From Octopus bimaculoides (Eukaryota): 64,000 nucleotides of DNA. Shown one piece after another: positions 26,321-40,913 of the stretch. The translations under genes were made by a program, and so were the position numbers. The DNA is taken from contig NC_068982.1 of assembly GCF_001194135.2 (NCBI RefSeq), positions 121,338,960 to 121,402,959 of the forward strand, given 5' to 3'. Under the pieces are notes generated by a model, which was not told where the DNA came from, did not search any database, and worked only from the letters and a program-made list of their open reading frames with translations. Every line of letters starts with the position of its first letter. Position 1 is the first letter of the stretch.

Positions 26321-28681
26321 TGTACTGAATTGAGAAAGATTTGGCTGCCATTTTCAGGTCACTGGAATTAGTTTTGTTGTTTAGCACTGGTTTTGAGTAA
26401 ACTACTTACCAAAGACATACCAGCTGTAACTGTTCTGTTTTATTTTTCAATATAGTCTGTCAAGGTTTACATTATCCAGTGTATCCTTTTCCTATTTAAG
26501 ATAGCAGGGTGTGATATGTAGAGGATTTAGCTGCTTTTTCTAACAATTTAGGTTACTGTGTAGACATTTTGTTATTGGTTTGTGAGTTAGTTTTTATAGA
26601 ATTATTGGTTTTTGGAATAAATAAAAATACATGTAACATTTACAAAAAGTGCTATGGTTCCTTCTGTGAAACTAACAAATCCAAACTGTTTAGTAATCTA
26701 TAGAACTCCCATATATTACAGAATGTTACTTCCCACAATAGATGCGCAAAAATAACAACAAAACAATAACAACATCATGGACATCATCAGCACTTGTCTA
26801 ATTAGATTGTATAATATAAAAACCAGTTATTCTATTGGTCATTAGATTAGCTTTGATTTTGGTTAAGTCCTTCTTAGAAGTCTGTCTCTTCTTTCGTCAC
26901 CTTCTCTATCTCTATTCCTCCACCTCCATCTCATCTATCATTCCAGTGGCAGCAACATGATTTCATTGATTCAGTTTTCTTTATTGAATTACCATCAGAA
27001 ATTATCAAACAAAGCCTGAAACAGTTGTAATTAGTTTGTTATTTCAAGAATTCTGATTTCTATAGAGCCAGATTCATATCCATATAACTTAGTTTGATAT
27101 TGCAAACATAATTTATCTGTTTGTAAGTGTTTTTGTGTTGTTTGGTCGCCATTGCACTGGGTGTTCTACCATGAAATATAGTTTCTTTCAACTTATTTGT
27201 TAACTCAGCGTTCTATCTGACATCAACTCATTGTTTGTGGTTTAATGTTGTTCACTTTTCCCATAAACTTGACCCCTAAGGGTCACTATCAAAGTGATTA
27301 TAGTTTTCATGAGGATCTACTTCACCTTGCATTAAATTGGGGTCACTTCTCCTTCAAGAAGTGTCACTCACATTCACTGCGACATATATCATTTGTAATT
27401 ATTATATTAGATAAAGTTATTAACAAATTATCAAGTGAAGTCTTTATAGCAAACAGAGAATGTCAATTCTAGTGTATTAAACTGGTCATCTCACATTAGA
27501 AAATTATGATGTATTTAGTTTAAATTAATGAAGTTGGAATTTTCTGGCTATTTAGTGGAAAGGTATTTCACTTTATCCAATCATTTCTACCCTGAATCCT
27601 GCTTCAATCTGGAATTCTCTGCATGTCCCTGTTCCTGATGCAGCAGACTGATAATCAAAGACATTCTAATTGTAACCACTTGATCTTTTATTCAGGTATA
27701 CTGAATATATCTAGGACCAAAAAATTGCTGTCTACCCAAGAGTTCTTGCTGAATAAAACAACAGTTCTGTTAGAATTGCTTTTGTTTTGTATGTGGCATA
27801 TCAGTGTAGAATTACAAGAAAATATAGAAAAACGTAAAGGTAGTATTTTAAGTCACAAAATTAAACTATTAATAAACACAATCTCATAAGCTTCACATAT
27901 TATAGACACCTGGAAAAAGTTAAGCTTAGATATGTTTCTGCATCACAATAGAAAATATGTGCAAGTATAATTACATGCAATAAACTCTATGAAAAACTTG
28001 CTAAAAGTTAAATAATTTGAATTTAACAATAAAAAAAATTTCTGCATATTTGGTGCTAAAGCAACGCCGGGTACCTCTGCTCACATTATATAAAGCTTGA
28101 TGAAATCTGTATTAGAGAAGACATATCAGGTTTACTGAGTGTAACTCTTGAGTTCACTGAACCATGTTGTTTACTGAAGCTGGGCTTTTGTTTCTACCTA
28201 TACCTCACTTTAATTTAAGCTCTATTACTTACACCACAATAATGGCATAAAGACGATCTGCTCTAAGACTTTTTAGAAAATAATTCTTCATTCTCTAGCT
28301 TCTATTGATTTATGTTCCTTTCAATTTGAATCCAGTCAATTCTTTAAAGTTTCTTCATTATTTTATTATATTTTTGCTTTCTTATCTTTCTTATTATCTT
28401 TCTCTTCTTGACTCTTCCTCCATCAATCCAAGAATTTCCTAATACTTACCCTCTTTATCTATCTATAAATCTGTCTCTCTCTGTGTGTCTGTCTGTCTGT
28501 CCATCTGCCTCTGTTATCCCCCCTCCCATTGGCCTCTGCTTTTCCATCTATCTGTCTGTCTATCAGCCTGTTTATTTGCCTGACTACCTGCTCTCTCTCT
28601 CTCTCTCTCTCTCCTTCTTTGTTACATAATCTCACTCATCCTTCTCTACCTTTCTCTGCTTATTACTATCTATATCTATTA

Positions 28682-28719
<38 letters not shown>

Positions 28720-29039
28720 ATCTCAACTGAAAACTCTCCATCTTGCAGTTTCTACTTTGTTATTTTATTGTTCCTCAATTTCCTCTCTCTCTCTCTATGT
28801 CTCTTGCATTCTCTCTGTGTTCCTCTTGGCTCTCTATTTCTCTCTCTTTTTCATCACTTCATCTTTCCACCCGTCTCTTTCTTTCTCTTCCTTTTCTCTA
28901 TGCCCATTTCTATGTCTTTCTTTTCTCTTCTTGATCTTTACATGTCTCACTATATGTACTTCTTCTGTGTATCTACATTATCTACCTTTCATTCCCTTTC
29001 TCCCTTCGAGCTACGGCAGTGATCACTGTGACATTGGTA

Positions 29040-29660
29040 GCTGGAGTTAAGGCCACACCACTGCAACAACTACAAACCATCACTATACCACCACCAACAC
29101 CACTGCTACAACCATCACCTCCACTATTACAACAACCACCTCACTGTCGCCACAGTTGCATCACCACCACCACCAACAACAACAGCCATAGCTATAGTAA
29201 TGTTACTGCTATTGCTACCACCATCACCAAATCTACCACTGCCTCTGCCACCACCACCACCACCACCACATTAATTGCTACCACAACTACCTCACTTACA
29301 ACTCTGTCTCCACTGCTACCACTACCACCACCACCACCATCATCACCACCACCATCATCACCACCACCACTGCCACCACTATTAATTGCAGCTACAACAC
29401 TGTCGTCATCATTGGGTCCCCAGAAAACTATTCCAATTCTTGAAATGAAAGAGTATTGAACCAAATTCAGCTGCTGGCATTACATGTGCACAGCTGCACA
29501 TATGTGCAACAGTACATGTGTGAGCAGTGGTATGTGCATCAGTACATGTGCAGCGGTACATGTTTGCATGTGCAATCGTACGTGTTTGCATGTGCCATGG
29601 CATGTGTGTGTGTGCAGCAGTATGTGTGTATAACAGTATATGTCTCTATATGTGTTTGTT

Positions 29661-29691
<31 letters not shown>

Positions 29692-30120
29692 AGCAGTGTA
29701 TGTCTTTGTGTGCAGTATATATATTTGCATGTGCAATGCTACGTCTGTGTGTGCAAGCAGTGCAGCTGCATCATCGTTTCCTTCACAAGGAAGTATTGTC
29801 TCTTTTCCTTCCAACTTTGCTAATAACCTCTACCCCAACACCACCACCACCACCACCTCTTCCCCTGCCACTATCACCACCGTCACCACCACCACCACCA
29901 CCACCTCCTCCAATGCCACTATCACCACCGTCACCACCACCACCACTGCCACCACCATCACCATTACACCAATCATTACCACCACTTTACTTTCACATTG
30001 CTAACACCTCTGCCTTCCACCACTTTGTTCTTCCATCTCTGCTACCACCACCTTACTGTAACCACCACCACCACCACCACCACCACCACCATCATCGATG
30101 CTACTTGCTTGTATCTCAAC
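29040..30120. repeat. Low-complexity (ACC/ACT)n and (TG)n tracts
   Basis: Runs of caccac/cacc yield the poly-Thr/Pro/His ORFs in the track. Confidence 0.85.
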
Positions 30121-30600
30121 ATATTCCCCACCACCATCACTCGTATCTCATTTAAAGATGGTAATCTTCTGAGAAATTCTTATGCAATATTGGAATTCCC
30201 CCCACACCCACACCCACACCTTCCATCACATCTCTCCCTCCTTCTCTCTCTCTCTCACTACAACTCATTGCCACCGCCAACCTCCTCAACCTGGTGTCGT
30301 GGGCACAGTTTGGTGTTGTCTTTAATTCTTTCTGTTAAACGAACCAAATAACAGAACAAAACTTCAGAATTAATTGGAAATTCATACAGCATGATACTGT
30401 GTGTGTGTGTGTGTGTATTTGTGTACATGCTACTGTGCTTGCTTGTGAATATATGTATACATGCTAGTGTTTGTATGTCTGTGTACAGGCTAGTGTGTGT
30501 ATGTCTTGTGTACATGCTAGTTTGTGTGCATGTTAGTGCGTGTGTGTGTGTTTTTGTGTATCTAGTGTGAGTATTTGTGTATGTACTTGTTTGTGTTATA

Positions 30601-30640
<40 letters not shown>

Positions 30641-31797
30641 CATGCTAGAGTGAACATATATACACGATGATGTATGTGCATTTGTGTATATGCTAGTATG
30701 TGTGTGTGTGTGTATTTGTGTTCCTGATTATGGATGTGTGTGTGTTTTTCTGTACATGATAATATGTGTATGTTTGTGTTCACAATAAGGTGTTTGAATT
30801 TCTGTACACGATGTTATCTGTGTGTTGGTGTACACAATAATGTGTATTTCCATGCATGATAATCGAAATGCCTTGTGGTATTTGTTCTAGTTATTTACAT
30901 TCTGAGTTCAAATCCCACTGTGATCATCCTTTTGAGGTTGATAAAGTACCAGTAAAGTACTGAGGTTTATGATATTGAATAACCCTATGCTGCAAGCAAT
31001 TTCTGTACAGTATAATGCCTGTGTTTCTCTATGCAATAATGTGCATTTTTGTACATGATAATGTATGTTTTTCTGTATATGATAATGTTTGTGTTTGTGT
31101 GTTTTTATAGAGGATAACGTGTATATATTTCTGAATGTGATAATGCTGGGTGTTACTGAGCATACATCATCATTGTTTAACATCCGTCTTCCATGCTAGC
31201 ATACACAATATTTAAATTTCTCTACCTCATAGTGTGTGTTTGTTGTACAGTTTCTCTCATGCAAGCATGGAAAAGTGGACATTAAAATGATGATGATGAT
31301 GTGTATATTGACAGTCTGTATATGATAATGTGTATATATTGTATAGTTATGATAATCTAATGCTGTGTTGCTAATAGTGTAAATATTGCTATGTTTCCTG
31401 TAGCATAGTGGAGTGGTTAGCATAGAATGTATGTCACGTAGTAAATTAGTCCAAGCTTGACTTCTTCAAGTTTTAATTATTCTTTCAAACTATCTTGAAT
31501 GTTCTAATCATTCAGTACAAATCAATTATCAAGGTTATAGTACAAACGAAGGTTCCTCATTTGAATCTTGCCTGGGGCCTACTGACAGCTGGAAATTGAA
31601 CTAATCAAAAATTGTGAACATAAATATTGTAAATATACAGTCTAAAGATGATTGTAATAGTGTGGAAAATTATAACCTTGAAGAAAAATATAATTTTGAA
31701 ATAATTAAAAGATAAAAACTACACAGACACCATGATTATTTAATAACACCTGTGTTGATTACACCTGTGTTAATTACTTTTCTATTCTATTTTGCAG

Positions 31798-31857
31798 CTA
31801 ATCAATTCAACGGTGAATATCTGGACCAGGTCAACAATCAGAACTACCACACAGATG
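31798..31857 (+). CDS. NPDC1: Internal coding exon (60 nt, phase 1-1) of the putative NPDC1/CAB-1-like gene; xNQFNGEYLDQVNNQNYHTD
   Basis: Strong acceptor tacttttctattctattttgcag, donor GATG|gtgaga, open in phase 1, and joins in frame to the exon at 47946 (G+GT=Gly). Assignment to this gene rests on phase compatibility only. Confidence 0.6.
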
Positions 31858-34800
31858 GTGAGAATATTGCTGTTGTTGTTTAGTTGTAGCCAATCAGCTC
31901 TGCATGAGTTCATTTATGATACTGGAAGTGTTTATTGCAATGTTTAACAATGTTTAGGCAGAAATCTATTGAGTTTAGCTACCAAGACTTCAGAAGTTGC
32001 TTCAAGTTGACTTTGGATCAAGTGATGTGAGGCATGGATGAAGTGATGCTGCATGAGTCAGTGCTACCTGGACAGAAAACGAAGTTTGATCAGTCCTGGT
32101 TAGGTTGCTAGAGTGAGTGTGTTTGATTGTTGAAACACCTGAAACGCTTAGATGATAAGCAAAGATGATGTGTCCAGTTGCATTGCAATATGGCATTGGA
32201 GAAAATTGTTATCCAAGTTGATGTCATTCTGTCTTCATAATGTCAACCATTCTGTTTATACTGTCAACCATTGTTTGCATATTATTAACTGATCCGTCTT
32301 CACACTGTTAACCATTCAGTCTAAAGATCCAGTCTTGAAATATGTGTTTCCACCTGAAATATAATAGAATTTATTGAAAAGAAATTTTGTTTTTGCATTG
32401 AGTAGGATGAGTGATTACACAAATGTTATCTGATGGAGATTTAGGTATTACATTGAGTAATGTGATTTTACTGAAAAAAAATTTAGCTGGAACATTAAGT
32501 GCAATTATTATATAGACATCTACTGAGAGAGAAATTTAGAATGTTAAATATGTCATACATCTATCTGATTTCTGTCAGTCTATTTTTTTAACAGTGAGTG
32601 TTGAATTGTCTTGAGTATAGTGGAGAAGTGCTACAGTACGGTCAAGGAGTGAAGTGTTGTAGGAGAACATGTTGTTTATCCTCAGGTCATCTCTGGAATA
32701 CAGTGCTGTGGTCATTGCAATAAGGCAATCAGGAATCCATTGTATTGTGTGATGTAGAGTTGTTTGAAGCATAATGTAGTGGTAGTGATATGTAGAGTGT
32801 AGTATATGGCTATGATGTCATTGTATTTTATATGTGGGGAAGTGAGCTGTCTTAAACACATATAGACAAACTTAGTCAGACACACGTCTAGATATGTAAA
32901 ATATTACAATATACCAATAAATGTTACTGATGCCATAAGAATTTATAAATCTTGAGAGAATGTGTAATATTTCTGTTTTGGAACATTGAAGCTTGAAGCA
33001 GATAATGTTATAAATATTAGTGTGTAAATATTAGGTTTAAAAAGTCTTTGAATAGAAAAAGTGAAAGGCTTTTTTAAACCCAATATTTACTTGCTGTTAT
33101 TTATTGCTTTATCTACTTCAAGTTTCACTGTTCCAAAAATAAAAAAAAAAACATTTATACTAATAGATGTTTTAATGTGGAAGAGTATATAACTGATATA
33201 ACTTAGTTAGGTGTGCCTAGTCAGTTGCAAATTGTAGTGTTGCAACTATTTCTAATTAGTCCTTGATAGCCCTGATCAAACAGACTTATGATCAAAGACA
33301 TTTCAACCATGACCACCTCCTCCTTTTGTATATTTACCTATATTATGCAATGTGCTTTTCTTTTTTATTTTTTTAAGATAGTAGAGTATGATTTAAGAAG
33401 GATTTGTCTTACTACTTTTAGTAGATAGGGTGTCCATGTAAAAGCTGCCTCAGTGTGTGGCTGAAAACCTGTCTGGCCCTCACAACCCCTGAGATCTTTC
33501 ACAATAAAGCCTTTTTGTACTGTATAGAAATATCATCATCATCATCATCATCATCGTTTAACGTCCGCTTTCCATGCTAGCATGGGTTGGACGATTTGAC
33601 TGAGGACTGGTGAAACCGGATGGCAACACTAGGCTCCAATCTGATTTGGCAGAGTTTCTACAGCTGGATGCCCTTCCTAATGCCAAATAGTGTGCAATAA
33701 TTAAAATATTTCTGCATGCAATAGTACAAGTGATAAGATCACAATAAATCATCTACCAAGGGGTATTAAAGTGTAGGTTTATCTTTACCAAATAAGCAAA
33801 ATTAATTTAATTTAGAAAATAAGAAATGTCAGAAAAGATATGCAATTGAAGCTATGTAGATTTGAATATCAATGAAATGTACTGAAGTGTAAACTTTTGC
33901 TCTCAGAAATTCAGATAATAGAAATGTCATACTTTTATAAGAGTGCTTCAACCAAATTAACGATTGTCGGCAATACGTTTTTAATTAAGAAGGCCTTGGA
34001 TAATAACTTTTGTTTAAAATCCTGATATTTGTCATGTTCATGTGTGGGATGTTTGGCAACAGATTCCTGTTAACACTGGATCTGTGCCATTATGTACACA
34101 TGAATATTAAAATGTTTTATGTAAGAATCTTTATTGAATGTATTGTAGTTTGGATAGGAAAGTTTGTCTTTCCTATCCTAGCACTATAGCATAGAGTTTG
34201 GTAACAGAATGCACTGAATCTTCTCTGTCAGATATTAATATCTTACTTATAATATATCCTGGTTTCTTTTGTCAAATTACATCTTTGCAAATCAGTTTCA
34301 TTACTTTACTGTTACTTGTACTAATAGTGTATGTGAGCTTATATTATTATAATACTATACTATAGTACCCTGTCCTGTGATGGACCAGTAACCTGTCTAT
34401 AGGGGTGTGTGTGTTTGTGAAATATATACACTACAGAATCTGGGTAACCAACCTTAAGAGGCTATGGCTTAGGAAGGATCTTTGATCCATTTTTTGATAA
34501 TACTCTGTAGCAACCTATAGTATTATATAAGCATATAATGTCATATGGGTCCATAATATTGTACAGTAGCCTATAACTAATATGTGATCCTATATAATGT
34601 TGTTTTATAATATTAAGAATATCACACAGAATTATATAACACTGGCCTGATAATATCCAGAATATCATATTGGTTTATGTCATACTGATCTGCAATTTCC
34701 AGAGTGGGCACAATCATGACTAGGTGGTTAAGAAGTTTGCTTTCCAGTTATGTAATCCTGAGTTCAATCTTGTTGCATGTCATTTTAACATAGAAATGGG

Positions 34801-35134
34801 TTGACCTAAATTTAGTAAGTAAAATTGAGTAGATGGAAACTATGCAAAAGCCCATTCAATATCCTGCAGCTGTAATTCAAAAGTTTAGCCTTGTCATTTA
34901 TTATGTCATGCTGATTCTGCTTTGAGGATTACATTAAGTACAAGAATCTATGGAATATTTTGTGGAATATTTGGCCACTTATTCTATAATTCAATGAATA
35001 AGTAGTTCCATTGATTGAATGCCTGGAATATTGAGTACTTAAGTTTGAAGTCTGGTACTTATTCTATCAATATATTTTTGCCAAATCACTAATTTATGTG
35101 GACATAAACCAATTCCAGTTGTGAAGCAGTGAGA

Positions 35135-35182
<48 letters not shown>

Positions 35183-37374
35183 NNNNNNNNNNTCTGTGTC
35201 TCTCATTCTCCCTTTTTCTCACTCACACATGCACATACCCACATACACATACATATACTACATGGTATACAAGTTGAATTTTTCAGATCAGAATTTACAA
35301 CCAAAATAGATAGGTTAACATATATACCATAATAACTTTGGAGGACCAAAAATCCTATGTGGAATACTGCAGGATTTGGAAAGATGGTGACTGTGTTTAA
35401 ATGTTTACACTACACACTATGTTGACTTGTATGCCAGAAAATATGGTACAAATATCATTAAAATCTTGAAACCACAAGATAATGGATGATTAATTCAAAA
35501 CAATGTGAATGAATAAACATTACATTTGACAGAGTAATCTGCATGCTAAAGGGTTAATGGGTTTGTGTACAGTTTCCACTTAATCAAATTCTATTAACAA
35601 GGCATTGGTCAACACAATACTGTAATAGAAGTCATGTAGCCAAGGTTTACACTGTAGAACTGAATCCAGAGCCGCTTGCTGTGAAGCAAACTTCTTAATT
35701 ACATGGCTGTACCTGCACCCATTTGGAGAATGTAATCAGTGTTTATAGTCTATTAAGTAACAAGTGAAAGAAATGAGTTTCTATTTCAGTCTATTCAGAT
35801 ATAAATCAATGTAAATACCTTGTGATAATGTAAAAGAATGATAACTCCATAATAGGATGTATTTCAATTGAATATAGCCATTCAATAAATAGGAGTTGAT
35901 GAAATGACTACCAGATTAAATATTGTGGTTGTTATAATTAACTAAAATACTGAAAGGTAATACCATAGCATGGCCACAGTACAATGACTGAATCCAGTAA
36001 AGCAATAAAGGAATAACTGAGTCAATACCCTGGGATATTGTTACCTTCAAACATTGTGGACTATACCTAAATATGACCATTTTTTTTTAGAGACTCATTC
36101 ATCAACACACTACAACCACAATCTCATTAATGTACTGTAGCTACCATTTCACTTGTATCTTCGCCCACTACTACAACTGCCTCTTCTTCCCTGATCTGTG
36201 AAGTTGCATATTACTTCCACCCATGCCCACTTCATATCTCCTTGAGCCAATGACCACCTATTGGTTCAATAGGTGGTCATTTGACCTGCTAGAAATAGAA
36301 AACAAATTTCCCTCAGATCACATGCTACCATTTTTTTAAAAGGATTCTTTAGATAATATGATTCTGGTTCCTTGCATATTAGTAAAAGATGGGATGGTCA
36401 TGGCTGGAATTCTGCTGATTGCAGATTGACTCAGAGTTGATAAGAGACTAAATAACTTCACATCCCTTTCTTATTCATACTGTGACCCTATCCCAATACA
36501 TATCTTGCATTAACTCATTAGTATTTAGATTACTCTGTCAAATGTAATGCTTATTTGTTCACATTGTTTTGGATTAATCATGCATTATCTCATAGGTTCA
36601 AGGTTTTGATGTAGTGAATGTTTATTTTTAGAATAATATTATAGGGTAGGTGTGAGAGGCCAAATTTGGCTGTCTTGAACACAAAACAGGTAGAATATTT
36701 GGACTGGATAGAGCTGGTTTAAATACTAAAGGCTTAAATACTAGGCAAATCCTTCTGTCTCAAATGAGCACTCCCCTTGAACTCACAACTCAGCCCACAC
36801 ATTTTTCTCTACAGAAGTTCAAGTTGACATCTGAATCATTGACCTCAACCAATGTGGGAAGATGTGAAAAGGTCATTGGTGTTTCTATACCACCACCACT
36901 TCTACCTCCTCCTGTCAATCTCCATTTAAATGACATTTCAATCAGTATACAATGTATAACAAATATGGCAGTGGCAGAAATAAATAATTACTGTAAAAAG
37001 TAATGAAAGCTCTAAATCAGCCATGATTGATTTTCAGCAGTTGATGTGAATGGGCTCAAGGTTGAGTCTTCATCTGACCTTTCCGTTTGCACACCAATGC
37101 AACATGACTATGGTGCCTGATCAAAATTCTCTGAAGACCCAGTAATGCCAATGTACATACATACTGAAAAAAAAATCCTGTGAAGAGGTTTATACAAAAA
37201 GAAAATAAATAAATAATATACTGATTTATATATTTCAGTCACTTTCATTGGTGCAAGCATGGCTGTATGGTTAAGAAGCATGCTTTGCAACCACATGGTT
37301 TCAAGTTCTATCCCATTGCAGTATATTGGACAAATACCTTCTACTATTGTACTGAGTCAATAGTATATATCTAC

Positions 37375-37437
<63 letters not shown>

Positions 37438-38439
37438 ATAATGGGCTTCCACATTGTTTGTGTGTGTGTGATACATGCATGCCTTTCTCTTTGTCACCCC
37501 ACCTCACCTCCTGACAACCAGTGTTGGTTTGTTTACATATCCATAACCTAGCAGTTTAACAAAGGAGACCAATGTAATAAGTACCAGACTTTAAAAAATA
37601 AGTATTGGGGTCAATTTGTTTGACTAAACCTTTCAGAGCAGTACCCTAGCATGGTCACTATCCAGTGGCTGAAACAAGTATAAAGAAGAAGAATGTATAT
37701 ATATANNNNNNNNNNNNNNNNNNNNNNNNNNNNNNNNNNNNNNNNNNNNNNNNNNNNNNNNNNNNNNNNNNNNNNNNNNNNNNNNNNNNNNNNNNNNNNN
37801 NNNNNNNNNNNNNNNNNNNNNNNNNNNNNNNNNNNNNNNNNNNNNNNNNNNNNNNNNNNNNNNATATATATATATATATATATATAATCTTTTATTCTTT
37901 TACTTGTTTCAGTCATTTGACTGCGGCCATGCTAGAGCACCACCTTGAAGAATTTTAGTTGAGCGAATCAACCCCAGGACTTATTTCTTTAGCTTAGTAC
38001 TTATTCTATTGGTCTCTTTTGCCAAACTGCTACGTTATGGGGGACGTAAACACACCAGCACTGGTTGTCTAGTGGTGATGGGGGGCAAACACAAATACAA
38101 AGACACATGAGCGTGATTGTTGCCAGTGCCGCTGGACTGGCTCTTGTGCGAGTGGCACATAAAATACACCATTTTGAGTGTGGCCGTTGCCAGTACCGCC
38201 TGACTGGCCCTCGTGCCGGTGGCACGTAAAAGCACCCACTACACTCTCGGAGTGGTTGGCATTAGGAAGGGCATCCAGCTGTAGAAACTCTGCCAAATCA
38301 GATTGGAGCCTGGTATAGCCATCTGGTTTCACTAGTCCTCAGTCAAATCGTCCAACCCATGCTAGCATGGAAAGTGGACGTTAAACGACAATGATGATGA
38401 TGATGATATATATGCACACACACATATATATATATATAT

Positions 38440-38904
38440 CACATGAAATATAGCGTGATACCAAAACGTAAGCGGGCAAGACATTTAAAATCACCGAAAA
38501 GGAACATTATTAAACAGGTACCGGTTTCAAATTTAACAATCTTACCGACTGTCTATTTCTCTTCAGCCTGATTTGTAATAGAACCATAATCATAATAATA
38601 ATATATTAACCCTTACCGAGTTCTCATACTGGATATATGCGACGCAGTAAATATTCTCTGCAGACATATTCCTGGAATTAGTGCGCCAAAACGAAGACTT
38701 TTGAATTTTACCATTAAGTTGTAATTAGCAGAACCATATACACGCGCACCTATGGCGGTGGGCAACTTTGTATGGGGTTCTGATGATTATGGTTCCATTA
38801 CAAATCAGGCTGAAGAGAAATAGACAGTCGGTAAGATTGTTAAATTTGAAACCGGTACCTGTTTAATAATGTTCCTTTTCGGTGATTTTAAATGTCTTGC
38901 CCGC
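38440..38904. mobile_element. Penelope pLTR-like inverted-repeat element carrying hammerheads (runs into gap 38905-39654)
   Basis: Arms 38472-38593 and 38783-38904 (about 122 bp, 1 mismatch). Each arm contains a hammerhead. The left end abuts (TA)n. Confidence 0.65.
38806..38861 (+). ncRNA. Type I minimal hammerhead ribozyme (antisense twin at 38515-38570)
   Basis: CAGG CTGAAGA GAA-ATA-GACAGTC-ggtaa-GATTGTT-aaa-TTT GAAA CCGG TA CCTG. Stem I is CAGG/CCTG, the core is intact, stem III is the palindrome ACCGGT, and the GUA cleavage triplet ends at 38857. Confidence 0.8.
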
Positions 38905-40533
38905 NNNNNNNNNNNNNNNNNNNNNNNNNNNNNNNNNNNNNNNNNNNNNNNNNNNNNNNNNNNNNNNNNNNNNNNNNNNNNNNNNNNNNNNNNNNNNNNN
39001 NNNNNNNNNNNNNNNNNNNNNNNNNNNNNNNNNNNNNNNNNNNNNNNNNNNNNNNNNNNNNNNNNNNNNNNNNNNNNNNNNNNNNNNNNNNNNNNNNNNN
39101 NNNNNNNNNNNNNNNNNNNNNNNNNNNNNNNNNNNNNNNNNNNNNNNNNNNNNNNNNNNNNNNNNNNNNNNNNNNNNNNNNNNNNNNNNNNNNNNNNNNN
39201 NNNNNNNNNNNNNNNNNNNNNNNNNNNNNNNNNNNNNNNNNNNNNNNNNNNNNNNNNNNNNNNNNNNNNNNNNNNNNNNNNNNNNNNNNNNNNNNNNNNN
39301 NNNNNNNNNNNNNNNNNNNNNNNNNNNNNNNNNNNNNNNNNNNNNNNNNNNNNNNNNNNNNNNNNNNNNNNNNNNNNNNNNNNNNNNNNNNNNNNNNNNN
39401 NNNNNNNNNNNNNNNNNNNNNNNNNNNNNNNNNNNNNNNNNNNNNNNNNNNNNNNNNNNNNNNNNNNNNNNNNNNNNNNNNNNNNNNNNNNNNNNNNNNN
39501 NNNNNNNNNNNNNNNNNNNNNNNNNNNNNNNNNNNNNNNNNNNNNNNNNNNNNNNNNNNNNNNNNNNNNNNNNNNNNNNNNNNNNNNNNNNNNNNNNNNN
39601 NNNNNNNNNNNNNNNNNNNNNNNNNNNNNNNNNNNNNNNNNNNNNNNNNNNNNNGCCAGTATTGCCTGACTGGCCTTCGTGCTGGTGACACATAAAAGCA
39701 CCCACTACACTTTCGAAGTGGTTGGCATTAGGAAGGGCATCCAGCTGTAGAAACTCTGCCAAATCAGATTGGAGCCTGGTATAGCCATCTGGTTTCACCA
39801 GTCCTCAGTCAAATCGTCCAACCCATGCTAGCATGGAAAGCAGACGTTAAACAATGATGATGTTGATGATGATGATATATATTCACTCTTTATTGGCCTT
39901 TTCTGTTGTCTTTGAGCTCTCTCCTTCCTTCTGACTCACAATTTATCTCTAATAGTTATTGCAGTACTAGATGTTATTAATTGAGCTAGAATTATTACTG
40001 TCCAATTATGTGTTCTCTGTTCCTACTATATAAATGTAATTGTTTTTTGAGATCTCTTAACCATTATTGAAATGTTTAAAGTTCAAAAATTTACATATTT
40101 TATACTTGCTTTATTCATTAGCTTGTGACCATGCTGGGGGACGACCTTTAGGGTTGAGTTAATTATATCAAACCAAACACTGTAATTTGTTACATCAGTC
40201 TTTGAAAGATGAAATGCAACCTGAACTCTGAACTCAAGGAAATGTAATCAAGTACTATTATTTTGTCCAATGTCCTTCAGTGAGTAAACGCATAAGTGAA
40301 TATAAAAGTAAACAGAATAGCAAGTATGGAAATAAACAAAGTTGTAAGCATGGAAAGAATCTACAGTAAATGCATAGGTAAACATCATAGTAAATGTGGA
40401 AGTTAACACTGTAATAAGCACAGTAGTAAACAGTATTAAACATGGAAAGAAACATGAAAGTGAATATTGAAGTAAACACATTAATAAACATGGAAGTAAG
40501 CACAACAATAAACACAGTAAGCAAAATAGTAAA

Positions 40534-40913
40534 GTTGTTGTTGTTGGCACTCCGTCACTTACGACGTCGAGGGTTCCAGTTGATCCGATCAACGGAACAG
40601 ACAGCTCGTGAAATTAACGTGCAAGTGGCTGAGCACTCCACAGACACGTGTACCCTTAATGTAGTTCTCGGGGATATTCAGCGTGACAAGGCTGGCCCTT
40701 TGAAATACAGCTAGAACAGAAACAGGAAAAAAGAGTGAGAAGAAGTTGTGGTGAAAGAGTACAGCAGGGTTTGCCACAATCCTCTGCAGGAGCCATGTGG
40801 AGCTTTAGGTGTTTTCACTCAATAAATACTCACAATGCCCGGTCTGGGAATCAAAACCGCGATCCTACGACCGTGAGTCCACTGCCCTAACCACTGGGCC
40901 ATTGCGCCTCCAC
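40534..40913 (-). mobile_element. Family G SINE, full length
   Basis: Reverse complement of 41944-42273 with a (CAA)n tail; inserted in an agtaaac-rich minisatellite (about 40260-40950). Confidence 0.85.

Noticed and set aside
29019-30351. Mucin/extensin-like Thr/Pro-rich ORFs
   Set aside because: They come from (ACC)n low-complexity sequence that is open in several frames, with no credible splice sites.
33598-33622. CTGAGGA-ctggt-GAAAC in the reverse strand of the RTE tail family
   Set aside because: Only 5 nt lie between the core halves, so no stem II can form, and no stem I is evident; probably chance.
38805-39798. Long ORFs of 266-311 aa, and the X-rich ORFs at 14.0, 37.6 and 55.9 kb
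   Set aside because: They are open only because of N-gaps.
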